This document shows positions 13,203 to 27,049 of a DNA stretch of 64,000 nt, piece after piece. This DNA is from Cycas panzhihuaensis. Lineage: Eukaryota; Plantae; Cycadophyta. The notes under the pieces were generated by a model. It made no database searches. It worked only from the letters and a program-made list of their open reading frames with translations, and had not been told where the DNA came from. The stretch is taken from assembly GCA_023213395.1 (NCBI GenBank), contig CM041465.1:211179741-211243740 (forward strand), given 5' to 3'. How positions within the stretch are numbered: the first letter of the stretch is position 1; the number at the start of each line of letters is the position of its first letter. The position numbers were made by a program, and so were the translations under genes.

Positions 13203-14992
13203 TTCTCCCTTATAATAAATAATTATATAAAGTGAAATACTACATCAAAAGTATAATATCTATGTCTTCAAATGAATGCTAGAACATAAACTACTATAAT
13301 GATATAATATATTATTAATGTTTATACCAAGTGAACTGCATCTACTAAACTACATATGTAGCCAACTCTTATGACTACCAATTAGTTAGGTTGTTCCTTC
13401 GTATACATGGAACAATTAGATTTAAGTCAACTTCACCTAAGGAACACACCATCCTACATGAACAACAGGTAAGCTGATGAATAAATATATAAGAGTAGCT
13501 GAAAAGGGGTCCCACCTCTTGCCTATATCGGACAATATAAGTAGCTTTTTTAGCTACAATGGTAAAAAAAAAATGGCTGTAAGGCCTTACAATGGTAATA
13601 TAACCTTAAATTTACCATTATGGGTTCTAAATCATATCTTGATGGCCTACAATCATGCCACTATAGGATTACAACATGTCACTATGGGCTTATAATAGCC
13701 TTTATGGACTAAAGAAGTCCAATAATAAATGTCATAAACATGACTAAAAAGTAGATGTAATTAAAATACAATATAGATGACTCTCTCAAATAATAAATTT
13801 TAATGATGTTTTAATAAATATTAATTCTCTAGAGCTAAAAATGAGCTTACATAACAAATTGTACATGTTACCCCCCTCCCATTTAGGGTATATTATGTCA
13901 ATGCAATATACAACAAATGATATAGAACCTTGAAAAATATATACATGTGCCTAAAAATGTTAGAAAAGAAGAAGAAAAATAAAGTAAAAAAAGGACTTTA
14001 AGTAAAAATATCCACATTAAATCAGTTCCAAATGTTATTAAGTGACCACCTAAAATGAAGCTCTTTTAGTTATGAACCTAACACAACTGACGAGACTAGA
14101 AATAGAGTCTCTTAGCTCAAGTTATCACTAAAATAATGATGGGGACTCTAGAATAACGAAGAAATAGGGGGCTTAGCCTTTTTTGCCAACTAACGGGTGG
14201 TTGTAAGTGTGCTCCATATGACCAAGGGCTAATGAGAGGGGGATGGGTAGATTCTAAATAAATATTAAGTAAAATGAAATGTTTTTACATTTGCAAAAGG
14301 ATTAAATTAAAATCTATAAGAATTTTACACCTGTCAAAGTTGAAAAAAATTATACGTCCACTAAATATTAATCAATTCTACCAAAATAAATAGTAAAATA
14401 AAAAATATTTAAGGTTTTTAAAATTATTTTTTTGCCATTTTATTTGCAGGTCCATGATAAATATCCATGGCAATGAGTAGGTAATGGTGTTTGTTTAGGA
14501 AGAATTAATCTTGGTTGTCATGAAGAGCCTTGAGGAAAAAGAATTGGTCCTCCAATGTTGGGACAAGTTGAATGTTACAAGAATCCACTATTCATATAAA
14601 CTATGTTATGGTTAATAGCAATTACCCTTCTATATCTGACTCAACTTCTAATATTAGTTGTAGCATAAATGCTGTTGACATTAAGTATCTTCTGGGTGCC
14701 ACAGATGATAAGCTTAAAATTCTTCTAAGTTCATAGTCGAAGCTTGTTCCTTCTCTAAGGAAAACAACACTGCTATGCTTTCAAAGACTATAGTTAGTGA
14801 TCTATTTAAGAGTTTTGGCTAGAAATTAAAGTTGAGGAGCTTTTATAACTCTACAAAGTTGATTGTTAGTATCTTATGGAGGAACAAGACATTGGCCTAT
14901 TTAGTGATGACATCTGTCAAGACTAGTTGGCGAGGACTTTAAATAAGGAGAAGTACTTCCTCCCCTTATGCAAGCATCATAAGTTATTAACT

Positions 14993-15130
14993 TTTGACAT
15001 GAAGAAAGAGATAGCATAGGTAATTTCTAATGCAACTTCTGGTGGCACCGATGAATATATCAAGTATCTAGTAAACCAAGGATGCATTAAGCCATTATAT
15101 AATCTATTAGTTTGCTCACACCCTCGAGTA
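14993..15130 (+). pseudogene. Importin-alpha gene fragment (C-terminal ARM repeats)
   Basis: Manual translation [45 protein letters not shown] matches the plant importin-alpha consensus [42 protein letters not shown]. Confidence 0.9.
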
Positions 15131-15207
15131 TTCTTCCCATTCTCCATTATTTCATAAAGGATGGACTATTATAGATGGGTGTGTGCATATTATTATATTA
15201 TATTATC

Positions 15208-15256
<49 letters not shown>
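15208..15256. repeat. (TTA)n microsatellite
   Basis: Directly visible. Confidence 0.97.
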
Positions 15257-15257
<1 letters not shown>

Positions 15258-15959
15258 GATGTAGATAGATTTGTTTATATATTTCATAGGCAAAAGGAGG
15301 GCATCCAAGGCTTCTCATGTATACATAATAGATTTTTTTTTTAAATAAGGGATCTCACAAAATATACTAATAAAAGAGGATTTCATCGGCCTTTCTATGT
15401 GGTCCTCATCCTAGAAGCAAATCCCAACAATGGGACATCTATAAAGGCCTCCAGATTGAGGCTAAAAAAAACATGTTATATTCATTATTTTCCTTCAATT
15501 TTTTGATAGCAGAGTGGCAACCACTGTAGGGCGATTAGGCTTACAATTGGTGGCAAAATCCACTCCATTTTTCTTCAAATGGTAGCTTCAAATTGACATT
15601 TTGTGACCTTCAATAACACACTTGCATGTAAAATTTTTATGGGCCTACATGCAATAAAAAGACTAGTTACAAAAACCACATAAATTTTCCTTTTTTTTCT
15701 TCATAAAACCTCTCCATTGTAGCTTCAAATTACTCCAAAACAAGCTTTAAAAAAACCTTGAAAAGCAACTCTAAATAGGCTTTAAATAACCTTTAAAAAT
15801 AGTTTCAAAAGGAAACTTTTAACAACTTTTAATAGGCTTTAAAATAGCCTCATAACAACATCAAAATAACCTCTTAAACTGACTAAAAAATAGTGATAAA
15901 ATATTCCCAAATATATCTCAAGTGATGGTAGAAAATAATCATAGAAATAAACATAAAAA

Positions 15960-18900
15960 TGAGAAGAAAAATACAATTGTGAAAGTAATATGAACAAAAC
16001 TATTAACCACAAAAAGAACAAATAACATAAATAAATCAAGCACATAGTGAAGAACACTAGGAGATTAAGGTCTAAGCATAGAAATTTTATTAATTTGAGC
16101 AAAAGCGAAAGAATTATAGAGATGAAACCCTAACTCACCTCATCAATTCATCTACTCTGTACACTCTATAAAGAATTACCCAATTCGGGTTATATAAAGA
16201 ATGTCATAAGAAGGTAAAAGATCTAAACTGTTAGATCTAGGGTCTTTATGATGAACAACCCTAATTCTCTTTTCTGTTTAATTCCTAAAATTTGCTTCGG
16301 GGACTATCACCCTTGAACCTTACTTTATTGGAGGGGGGAGGAAGGAGACATCTCTCACACCTTAAAGAGGGTTGTTTCCCCCCTTCAATACCCTCGCAAG
16401 GAGATTGGAGGGGAAAACTTAAGCTAAAGCATGACCAAAATTTTAACCTCCTTATATATATATATAACACTTGTAAATTATTTAACATATTCAAGAATCT
16501 CCCACTTGTTGAATACTTTATAAGAAACCTATATACATAACTACTTAATGGCAATATCATAAACACCTATTTCCTTTCTACACCATTTAAATTTTTCTGC
16601 TAATAACCTTGGTTAATGAGTCCGTAATATTTTTTGTGTAGCAATCTTTTGCAAGTCCACCTTGTGATCTTAAACTATTTCTCTCACAAAATGGAATTAC
16701 ACATCAATACGCTTCTACTAAGCATGAAAAGTGGAGTTCTTCACTAAGTAGATTGCACTTTAACTAACACAATTTATCTTCACAACATCACCTTAAAGCC
16801 AAGATCATGTATAATCTCTGTAACCAAATTGTTTTCTTGCATGCATGGGTAGCTGTAATATACTCTGCTTCTATGCTAGAAAATACCACAACTTGTTGTC
16901 TGTTTTTCATCCAACTAACTGCGCCACCACAAAGGGTAAAAACATACCTTGTAGATCTTCTATTATTAAGATCTCCAACGCAATTAGCATCAACAAGACC
17001 TCTTAAATTCACCATTCTACTCTTCATGGGATCTCCTTAATAGCAAATTCTATAGTCGATGTACCCTACGGATACTTGAAAATCCTTTTCATAGCCACCT
17101 AATGCTCCCTACCTAAGCTTGACATGTGCAGATTAAGCTGCTCTCATTGCATGGACAATGTTTAGTCGAGTGTAACCATTACATATATTAGGCTACCAAT
17201 AACACTAGCATAAGGGACAAATGCCATGTCTTTAACTTCTTGGTGAGTCTTTGGCATTATTCAATTGATAATTTTAAACCAGCAAGAAGAGGAATATTAA
17301 TTGGTTTACTATCTTGCAACCTGAACTGTTGCAATATTGTCTCAATGTACCATCTTTGGCTAAGCCAAATCTTCTTATTTCTTCTATCCCTTTTAATCTA
17401 AATGCCTAAAATAAAATGTATAGTACCAAGGTCCTTCATCTCAAAATGAGATGTTGGTTGGCCTTTAGCAAGTTAGTTTATTTCTTTATTGTTACCAACC
17501 AAAAGTATATCATCAATATATAAAGCTAGAATAATAAAGTGTTACCAACTTGTTTATAATAGACACAATGATCTACTTTATTGTACACAAAGCTATCTCG
17601 CCAACATATGTGAATCAAACTTACGATACCACATCTTTGGTGATTATTTTAACCCATATAATCATTTCTTTAACCTCCACACCATATTCTCCTTCCTTAT
17701 AACTTAAAAAAATTTTAGGCTATAACATATAATTTTCTTCCTTAAGGTCACCATGAAGAAATATAGTCTTCATATCCATTTGATTCACCTCAAGGTTATA
17801 TGCGTCTACTACAACTAATAAAAATCTAATTGAAACTATTTTTGTAAGAGGAGAAAATATCTCACTAAAATCTATTCCCTTGACCTGGGAACAGCTCTTT
17901 ACTACCAAAAAAGCCTTACACTTTTCCATTGTACCGTCTGCTTGGAACTTCTTCTTGAAGATCCATTTATTATTAAGAGATTTTCTTCCATTAGGTAGAT
18001 CCACCTAATCTCATATGTTATTTTTATCTAAGGCCATCATTTCTTCTTCCATAGCCTTCATCTAGAGTTGGCTCTCTTTTGACTCCAGAGCCTATTAAAT
18101 AGTACATAGATCATCATCTGTAGTAGATAAAATAAAAGATGAGCGACGAAAGTCTTCGAAATATACCGCTAGGTTGTCTTCTCTCACAAGTTGATCTCCT
18201 CAACGTGTAGGGTTCTTGAGGTTGATCTAAATCTACATTGGTCCTTCCTCTTCAATTAGTTCATATTCGATGAAGAGTTTTCATCTTTATCTTAAACTGT
18301 ACCTTCTTAGAGTTTTCCTCCTTTGGTTCATTATCACCTTTAGAGACTTGAATTCGTCTCTAAAGATAACATCATGACTATACACAACTTTCTATGTTTC
18401 AAGGTTATAAAGCTTATACCCTTTAACACCATTACCATAGCCAATGAAAATAGTCTTTTGTACTTTGAAATCAAGCTTAGTCCTTTGTTGTTTATGAACA
18501 TGTATGAAATATTCAAAACTAAAAACTCCAAGATGACTAAGAGATGGTTTCTTACGGACTACACTTCTTCAAGTGTTTTATATACTAACTTGATTGTTGG
18601 TGATCTATTTATCGTAGCTTGCGGTCATCATAGCCTTAACCCAAAATTTCTTCTCTAAGCCAATAGCACTCAGCATGCTCCTCGATCACTCTAGTAAGGT
18701 CCTATTTATCCTTTCAACAACTCCATTCTGTTGTAGCGTATAGGAAATTATTTTTTACCTTGTTATTCCATACTTTTTATAGAACTACTCAAACTCCTTT
18801 GAGCAAAACTCACCTCCATTATTAGTCCTCAGTACCTTGATCTACTTGTCACTCGATTCTCGACCAAGGCCTTGAATTCTTTAAATTTATTAAAGACCTC

Positions 18901-20585
18901 GATTTCTCCACGAGAAAGTACAACCATGTCTTTCTTAAAAATCATCTATGAATGAGAAAGAATTTAAACCCACCCGATGAGGGTACATCAACAGTCCAAA
19001 ACATGATTATGCACCAATTGTAGAATACTTTTTGCTTTTTCGAGCTTGAAAGAAAACTAATTCGATTATATTTTTCATACACACAATGCTTACATAAATC
19101 AAAATCAAAGGAGCCATTAATTCCGGAGATGTCTTACGCCATACCTTTAGAGAAGAAGTCATACAGGCCTTTCTCTCCAATATAGCCCAATTTCTAATGC
19201 CACAACATAGTTTTACTAGCAAGTGATATTTAGGTCCTACCTACATCATTGTTACTTTATGTAATAGTTGGACTCTATTTATCGAGATACAATGTGCTCA
19301 TCAAGCTTGTATAATGTTCCAAATTAGACCCCTCTTGCTAACACCAATGCTCCTCATACCATTACTAGCTGTCTTTATTAAAAATCACTTATATTCTTAT
19401 ATCATCCAATTGACTAACAGATAATGGACTTATAGCCAAACTAGAAATATGACTCACATTAAGGATAGTTTTAACCCTTCCATCCCGAATCAAACCTTCA
19501 CCTTTCCACGACCGCAAATTTATATAGGTAATGAGCCCCAAGAAATAGTTCACCTTCATCAATACTTGTGTATTCACAAAACCATTTCCTATGGGGAGTA
19601 ACATGAAGTGAAACACTAGAGTCAATTAACTAAGATTCAACATTTGACAACTTACGAGATTGTCGATAAACATCACCATCAAGATCATCAAAGGCTTTTG
19701 CTAGCATGGAAGAAGTAGCTTGGTGACTTTCCTTTATCAACCTTGACTCAACATTGTCTCTTTATATAGCCAACCTTCTCTCATCTCTAATATCCCAACA
19801 AGTCTTTACCTGGAGATTTGGATTTCCCTCTAAATTTTGGCTATTTATTCCTAGGATTTGCTTCTTTTAAATGATTCTCGGAAGATTGTTGCCTTGTCTC
19901 TTCTGACAACAAAGCAGTAACAACATCATCAAATTTCGAGGTGGGAGGCGGTTATCGCTAATTATCATCACAAGATTATCCCAAGAATCGTGAAAGCGAA
20001 CATAACAGGATAATACACTTATCTTCTTTAAACATTGTTATCCCAATTGAAGTAAGTTGGCTCACCACCATGTTAAATGCAATAAGATGATCGCAACTAC
20101 ATCTCTATCACTCATCACGAGTGAGTATAACTTTTTTCAAGAAATAGCTTATTAACCGGGGACTTAGTCGATACAAAGCCCCAACTTTATCCACGGATAT
20201 TTAGTCGTAGGCTCTATGGCAACATTTAATAATACCGCAAGGCATAATCTTATCGAACTTATTACTTTTCGATTAAGCTTCTTCCAATCTTTATCCCCTA
20301 TAAGTGCATGATTTTTTTTGCTACAACGATCCACTAATCCTTCTCGAGGATATCTTCCATCTTTAGCTTCTACAACTCACAGTTTTAACCATTAAACTTT
20401 TTAATCTTCATCTTTGTAATGCTTACCATGATCTTCACACTCAAGTTCACTAAACAAGACTCCCATACACCAAATGACTTCCCATAGAACTAAAACCCTT
20501 AGCTTTGATACCAAATGGAGAAAAATATAACTATGAAAGCAATATGAATAGAACTTTTAACCATGAAAAGAACAAAAGGGCATAA
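15960..20585 (-). mobile_element. Decayed full-domain Ty1/copia, copy A (5' LTR truncated)
   Basis: PBS (reverse gctttgatacca) at 20502-20513. gag start MVSITKMKIKKFNG at 20429. Protease LIDSSVSLHVTPHRKWF ~19600, integrase ~18350-19200, RT 17720-18004, RNase H 16788-17027. PPT 16497-16508 and 3' LTR 15960-16496. Only ~65 bp of the 5' LTR match. Confidence 0.92.
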
Positions 20586-23013
20586 TTCTAAGACTAAGAC
20601 TCGTAATTTAGAGTGCCTTAAGGTTTATAAAATCATCATGAATGTAAGGAAAATGGTAATCAATTTAGAGGATGATGAAGGCGAAAATGAACCTCATTAG
20701 TACGCTATTTAGATTGATTACGTCTCATGCTAAAAATTTCTAGGATTGGGTAATGCAAGTTGCACATAAGAAATGGAACTTAGATTAATTGCTAATGATA
20801 AAGCGAGGATGTTGAATATGCTCACAAAGGCACACATAAAGGAATAATAAGGATTTAAACTATCATTATAAGAGTGCTTAGTCTACACTTGAAGAGTTTT
20901 CAATCTAGAAAGTAAAGATCTAACTTTAGATCATAGAGTTATAAAGTCAACTTGAGGATTTCCTTAATATAACTTATTGGTTGAATGATGAGTTGTAATT
21001 TCATTTGAACTTAGGTATAACTCAATTAAAAGGCCAATCGGAAGAACAACTTCAAGTTTTGTTAATATTCTTTCACAGACTTATAATGGATTAGTTGAAT
21101 CGCTAAATATGCTCACACTCTTATAGACTTACTTTATAAGTTCCTATTGATAAGGAGATGTTACCCTACATACCAATTTTATTTTTTCCATTCTTTATTT
21201 GTAAATAGTTGTACATATATGTTTTTCATCTGTTCATGTACTTAACTCCCAAGAGATGCTAGTGAATTTTAAAAATTATATAGTGCTCTAGGACATATCA
21301 TATTATAAGTCCATGAGAGATGTTAGTTGGCCATGTTGATTAGCCAATGTTAGTTGAAAGGTGAAGTCGACCAATGAAATGAGTTGATCAAATAAATTTA
21401 AAGGTGATGTCAATCATGTTAGCATGAGTTGGGTTGTGAACAAGGCAATTATGAGTTAATTCTTATAGTTGCACTTGTAATAGATTTAGTTAGTATAAAT
21501 ATTTGTAATACTATAAAAGCTTAAATAATAAATCATTGTATGGTGAGACCTTTGGTGATCAACTTAAGAGCCACACTTCTATAAGTATTGGTCATTAGAT
21601 AATGTGTTTGGTAAGAGCAATCACATTGGGTAATGACAATAGAGTTATTGATAACTAGATTAGTAAAAGGCATGTTATGTGCATCGTGATAATGCTTGGT
21701 TGGGATTTCATGATTATTAAGTAATTGTATGTGTATAGTGAGCTTAGCTTTAAACATCCAATAATGCATTATATATGTATTATATTGTAAGATACATGTA
21801 TATACAAATATAAATAGATAGATATATGCATCGCATATATCCACCCCTAGTTAATAGAGGCCAATCCATTATATTATATTATCCTTCTTGTATATGAATC
21901 TATCTATATATAAAGTCAATAAAAAGAGAATTCTTCCTTGATTGGTTATTAATCTCGTATTTTATTCATTACATCGATGATCTGTAATCCCATTTCCATA
22001 AGTTTGAAGTAAAAGAAACCACCCTCCCACTAAAATATGATCATTGAGCTAAGGATCTTGAAAGGACTCAATGGTTTCGATAATATAATGAATACATTTC
22101 ATAAAGTTAGGCGACATCTATGCAAATTAATCTTAGCAACTTTTAAAAAAAAATGTAATATATATTTTAAAAATGTGTAACAATAGGATGTAAAATTGTA
22201 ATTTGGCATTGATGTTCATTTCAATTTACATAGTTGTATAACTATTCATTGTAAAGAAAATATCATCTAAATATAAATTAAACAAAGTGCAAAATTATAA
22301 ATACATAATGTGAGGACATTATTATAAAGTTTATTACTTGAGTGTTATTATTAATTTTTAGGTAATATCACCTACGTTATTAGATAAACATGATTATTAC
22401 CCCACGTTATATATTTTTCAAATTATTATGACATTAATGATGTTAAGGATAAAATTTAAAAAGAAATAAACCAAAGAATCTAGTGACATAATGGTAATGA
22501 TATCTTTTCTTGACACTTATTTGTCATAGTCCAATATTTATAATATGATATCAAATAATTTTACCAAAGAGGGTGTAGTCATCTTACAAGGTCATCCATC
22601 TTAACAAAAATTTATATTGTCGAATAATTAGTCAAAAATAATATAATACAATATAAATACTTTTTGCCCAAGAATTGTACTAGTCACAATAGTCATACAA
22701 TAGGAGATAAATTGTCAAAAAAAATGGCATCTTAGAAAATAATCCAAATTAAAATGATATAAAAACCTATATTTAAAAGTAATTGGGTACCGACATGACA
22801 TAAATTGTAGAATATTATTTAAAATCTTTGTTTATTACTAATTTCTTGCAAAAGTCTTATATAAATCACAGGAACCGTGGAAAAGATTTATGTTTGTTTA
22901 TTACTAATTACGTACCAAAACCTTATAAAATCAGATGAATTATGGAGAGATCAGTGTGTTCTCTTTCTAGGCAGAAAATCATTCGAAGGCATTCAAATTG
23001 AATGAGTGGCAAG

Positions 23014-26006
23014 ATGGATCTGCTGAAATTGAAATTGTTTCTTCTATTCACCTTTGCAATTCCCTTTTCGTCCTCATCGCCTCCATCTCATCCGCATTCC
23101 CATCCCCACCTCAACAACGCTACCGATCAACACTCTCTTTTGCAATTCAAGGCCAAAATCTTTTACGACCCCCAAAATGTATTGCTCCACTGGAATCCCA
23201 ATCGCACTGCATTTTGCAATTGGACCGGAGTTACTTGCAGCCCAAGGAGGGACAGGGTGGTGCTTCTCAACCTCGCAGATATGGCTCTCCAAGGTTATCT
23301 CTCTCCTTTCCTCGCCAATTTGTCATTTCTTCGTCAATTACGGCTTCGCAATAATAGTTTTTATGGACATATTCCACCAGAATTTGGGCATCTTCGTCGG
23401 TTGAGAAAGCTTTTCCTTTCGTATAACCCTCTGAGCGGACGCATTCCCTCTGAACTTGGGCTCCTCACCAATCTAGAGGTTTTTGCGTTGAAAGCAAATA
23501 GGTTTTTGGTACCATTCCCTCTTCGTTGGCAAATATCTCCACCTTGATTGACTTGGATCTTCGTTCAAATCACATCAGCGGTGTCATTCCTCCTGGATTC
23601 GGTCGTCTTACAAATCTCAACTCGCTTACCTTGTACCAAAACTACTTGGGAGGATCAATCCCTTCTTCCCTATCCAACTGCACCTCTCTCCAAATTCTGT
23701 CTTTATCAGAAAACAATTTAGTTGGTCGCATTCCATCGGAGTTGGGTCACAAGCTCCCCAACCTTCAACAAGTTTATCTGTCGACAAATCGGCTGAGTGG
23801 CAACATTCCAATCTCTTTTGGCAATTGTCCCCAACTCACAATACTTGAACTATCCCAAAATCAGCTGAGTGGGATGGTGCCAGCAGAGCTGGGTAAGTTG
23901 GCTCTCCTTCAACGCCTTGACTTAAGGGGAAATCAATTTGTTAGTGGAAGCGGTACCGAATGGCCCTTTTTTACACATCTCACCAATTGCTCCCTCTTAC
24001 AACTGTTAAATTTGGACCAGAATCGACTGACTGGCGTTTTGCCTTCTGCTATAGGCCAGTTTTCTACCAAACTCTCCTACCTAAGCTTAGAACACAACTT
24101 TATAGGAGGATGAATGCCTCAGCAGATTGGCAATCTAACCAACCAGACATTCGTGGCTTTGGATGGCAATCTCTTCAGCGGCAGCATTCCATCGGAATTC
24201 AAAAGACTCCAAAATCTTGAAAGATTGGATTTGAGCGACAACAGATTAGAAGGGAGCGTCCCGAGCGAGATGGGTGAACTACAAAGCTTAGGACTCTTGT
24301 CACTTGAGGAAAACGTGCTCTCTGGACCAATTCCCCCTTCTCTTGGCCATCTCCAGCAGCTCAGAACGCTTAATCTTTCGAAAAACCAATTATCAGGAAA
24401 CATACCTGCAGCTCTTGGCAACTGTTGGCGTCTGGAACTGCTCGACCTGTCCTACAACAGACTTCATGGAAACATACCGCCAGAGGTTGCGGGTCTACAA
24501 AATCTACTATTCTATTTCAACCTCTCAAGCAATTCCCTCCAAGGCTCCCTCCCCCCCGAGATTGGTAAAATGGTAATGACTCAAACCATAGACATATCTG
24601 CCAATCGGCTGTCTGGATTCATTCCAACCACACTTGGAAGCTGCGCAGCGTTAAAGAGTACCTGAATCTATCTCATAATGCCTTGCAAAGTCCAACTCCA
24701 CTTTCACTCGGAAATATAAAAGGTCTCCGAGACATGGATCTCTCTTCCAACAAGTTGTGGGGTACAATACCAACGTCTCTGGAGAAACTCCATATGCTTA
24801 CGCACTTGAATTTCTCATACAACAACCACACTGGAGAAGTTCCAAAAGGAGGGAATTTTGCAAATTTTAGTAATGCATCATTTATGGGAAATCCCAGACT
24901 CTGTGCACCATGGATACACTTGCCTGCCTGTCCCAATTCCACCCCTTTGAAACAAACAGGGCATTCATCTCTCAAAAGAGTAATACTACCAATTGCAAGC
25001 GTTGGTGTTTTCATTCTCTCCTGTTTACTCACAGGATTCTTTTGGAGCAGGAAGAGTCTACATCTCCCAAAAACCTTTGCATTAAAACGGGAACTCCCTA
25101 TTATTTCGTATCAACAAATTACCGAAGCGACTAACGGATTTAGCGTGGGCAACCTGCTTGGAGTCGGTAGTTTTGGATCAGTCTATAAAGGGATTTTAGG
25201 CGATGGCACAACGATTGCAGTCAAGGTTTTTAATTTGCAGGATGAAGAGCGCAATGGAAGTTTCAAAAAGGAATGCGAAGTATTGAGGAGAGTTCGTCAC
25301 CGGAACCTTGTTAAAATTGTGACCTCGTGTTCTACCCTTAATTTCAGAGCGTTGGTCCTTCAATTCATGGCAAAGGGAAGCTTGGAAAAGAATCTGTATC
25401 CTGATGACACGAACGAAGGTGAGGATGGGAATGGTTGTTCATTGAACTTGCTCAACCGATTGAACATTTCCATAGACGTAGCCCACGGCATGCAATACCT
25501 GCATCATGATTGCCATGTTCGAGTTCTGCATTGCGATCTAAAGCCGAGCAACGTGCTTTTAGATGACGACATGACAGCACACATTACCGATTTTGGCCTG
25601 TCTCGAATTATTTGTCCCACCTCTGAGGATTCCTTCACTTCAACACTGCGAGGATCCATCGGGTACATCGCCCCAGGTTTGGTTTTGTGGTTCAAATCAT
25701 CAAAATGTTATTTCTCCTTTTTCGCTCGTGTATTTCATACGTAGAATGAAACTTTAAACACGATGGCTTGAATGCAGAGTACGGATTAGGAGGAAGGGCT
25801 TCAACGAAGGGGGATGTTGACAGCTATGGTATTCTGTTATTGGAGATGCTGACCAGAAGAAGGCCCAGCAGTGACATGTTTGTAGGAGGACTGGACCTGC
25901 ACAAGTGGGTGACCATGGCATTTCTTGAGAGATTGCTGGATGTTATCGACGGTAGTCTACTGACAGACGTGAGTGAGGAAGGAGTGGACGGGCATAACGT
26001 GCACAA
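23014..26006 (+). pseudogene. LRR receptor-like kinase, subfamily XII (non-RD), copy A; disrupted and 3'-truncated
   Basis: Signal peptide, LRRNT (FCNWTGVTC), ~20 plant LRRs, GNPRLC cap, TM helix, kinase with HCDLKPSN and DFG. Frameshifts at ~23505 and ~24654, in-frame TGA 24111-24113, loss of kinase subdomain XI at 26006. Confidence 0.93.
25677..25777 (+). other. GT-AG intron in kinase domain (copy A)
   Basis: CCAG|GTTTGG...TGCAG|AGTAC restores GYIAPEYG, the typical LRR-XII intron position. Confidence 0.92.
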
Positions 26007-26470
26007 TCTAGGTGCCTTGGTGAGCCCCAAAGATGGCTTTGAGGGCCCTACATGCACATCTTCTTAGGAACATTGGGGTGATCCCAAAAATCCACTCCAT
26101 TTTTCTTCAAATGGTAGCTTCAAATTGACATTTTATAACCTTCAATAACACACATGTAAAATTTTTATGGGCCTGTATGCAATAAAAGACTAGTTACAAA
26201 AGCCACATAAATTTTCCTTTTTTCTTCATAAAACCTCTCCATTGTAGCTTAAAATTACTTCAAAATAACCTTGAAAAGCAACTCCAAATAGGCTTTAAAT
26301 AACCTTTAAAAATAGTTTCAAAATGAAAGTTTTAACAACTTTTAATAGGATTCAATATAGCCTCATAACAACATCAAAATAGCACATTAAAATGACTAAA
26401 AATAGTGATAAAATAGCCCCAAATACATCTCAAGTGATGGTAGAAAATAGTCATAAAATGTGCATAAAAA

Positions 26471-26950
26471 TTAAGAGAAAATGCAATTGTAAAAGCAATA
26501 TGAACAAAACTTTTAACCATGCAAAGAACAAATAGCATAAGCAGTTAAACACATAGCAAAGAACATTAGGAGATTGAGGTCTAAGCATAGATATTTTATT
26601 AATTTGAGCAAAAGCTAAAGAATTATAAAGATGAAACCCTAACTCACCTCATCAACTCGTCTACTCTATACACTCTATAAAAATTACCCAATTCGGGTTA
26701 TGTAAAGAATGTCATAAGAAGGTACAATTGTTAGATATAGGGTCTTTATGATAAATGACCATTATTCTCTTTTCTGTTTAATCCCTAAAGTTTGCTTCGA
26801 GGATGTCACCCATGAACCCTATTTTATAGAGAGGGGAGGGGAGACATCTCCTTCCCCTTCCAAAGAGGATTGTTGCCCTCTTAGATACCCTCGTAAGGAG
26901 ATTGGAGGGAAAATTGAGTTGAAGCAGACCAAAATTTTAACCTCCTTATA

Positions 26951-27049
<99 letters not shown>

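Larger units (their letters stand above)
15555..26006 (+). repeat. Tandem duplication unit A (~10.5 kb)
   Basis: Colinear with 26086-36612 from aaaatccactccatttttcttcaaatgg to cataacgtgcacaa. Confidence 0.93.

Noticed and set aside
15512-15530. Short hairpin agtgg-caa-ccact as a Helitron 3' end
   Set aside because: Only a 5-bp stem, and no properly spaced CTRR terminus.
21320-21972. Possible solo LTR upstream of the RLK (and its copy at ~31876-32521)
   Set aside because: TG...CA ends and a TATA-like site are present, but there is no TSD or independent partner LTR; unsupported.
22500-22720. W-box-like TTGAC/GTCAA sites in the RLK promoter
   Set aside because: Expected by chance in AT-rich DNA; no enrichment shown.
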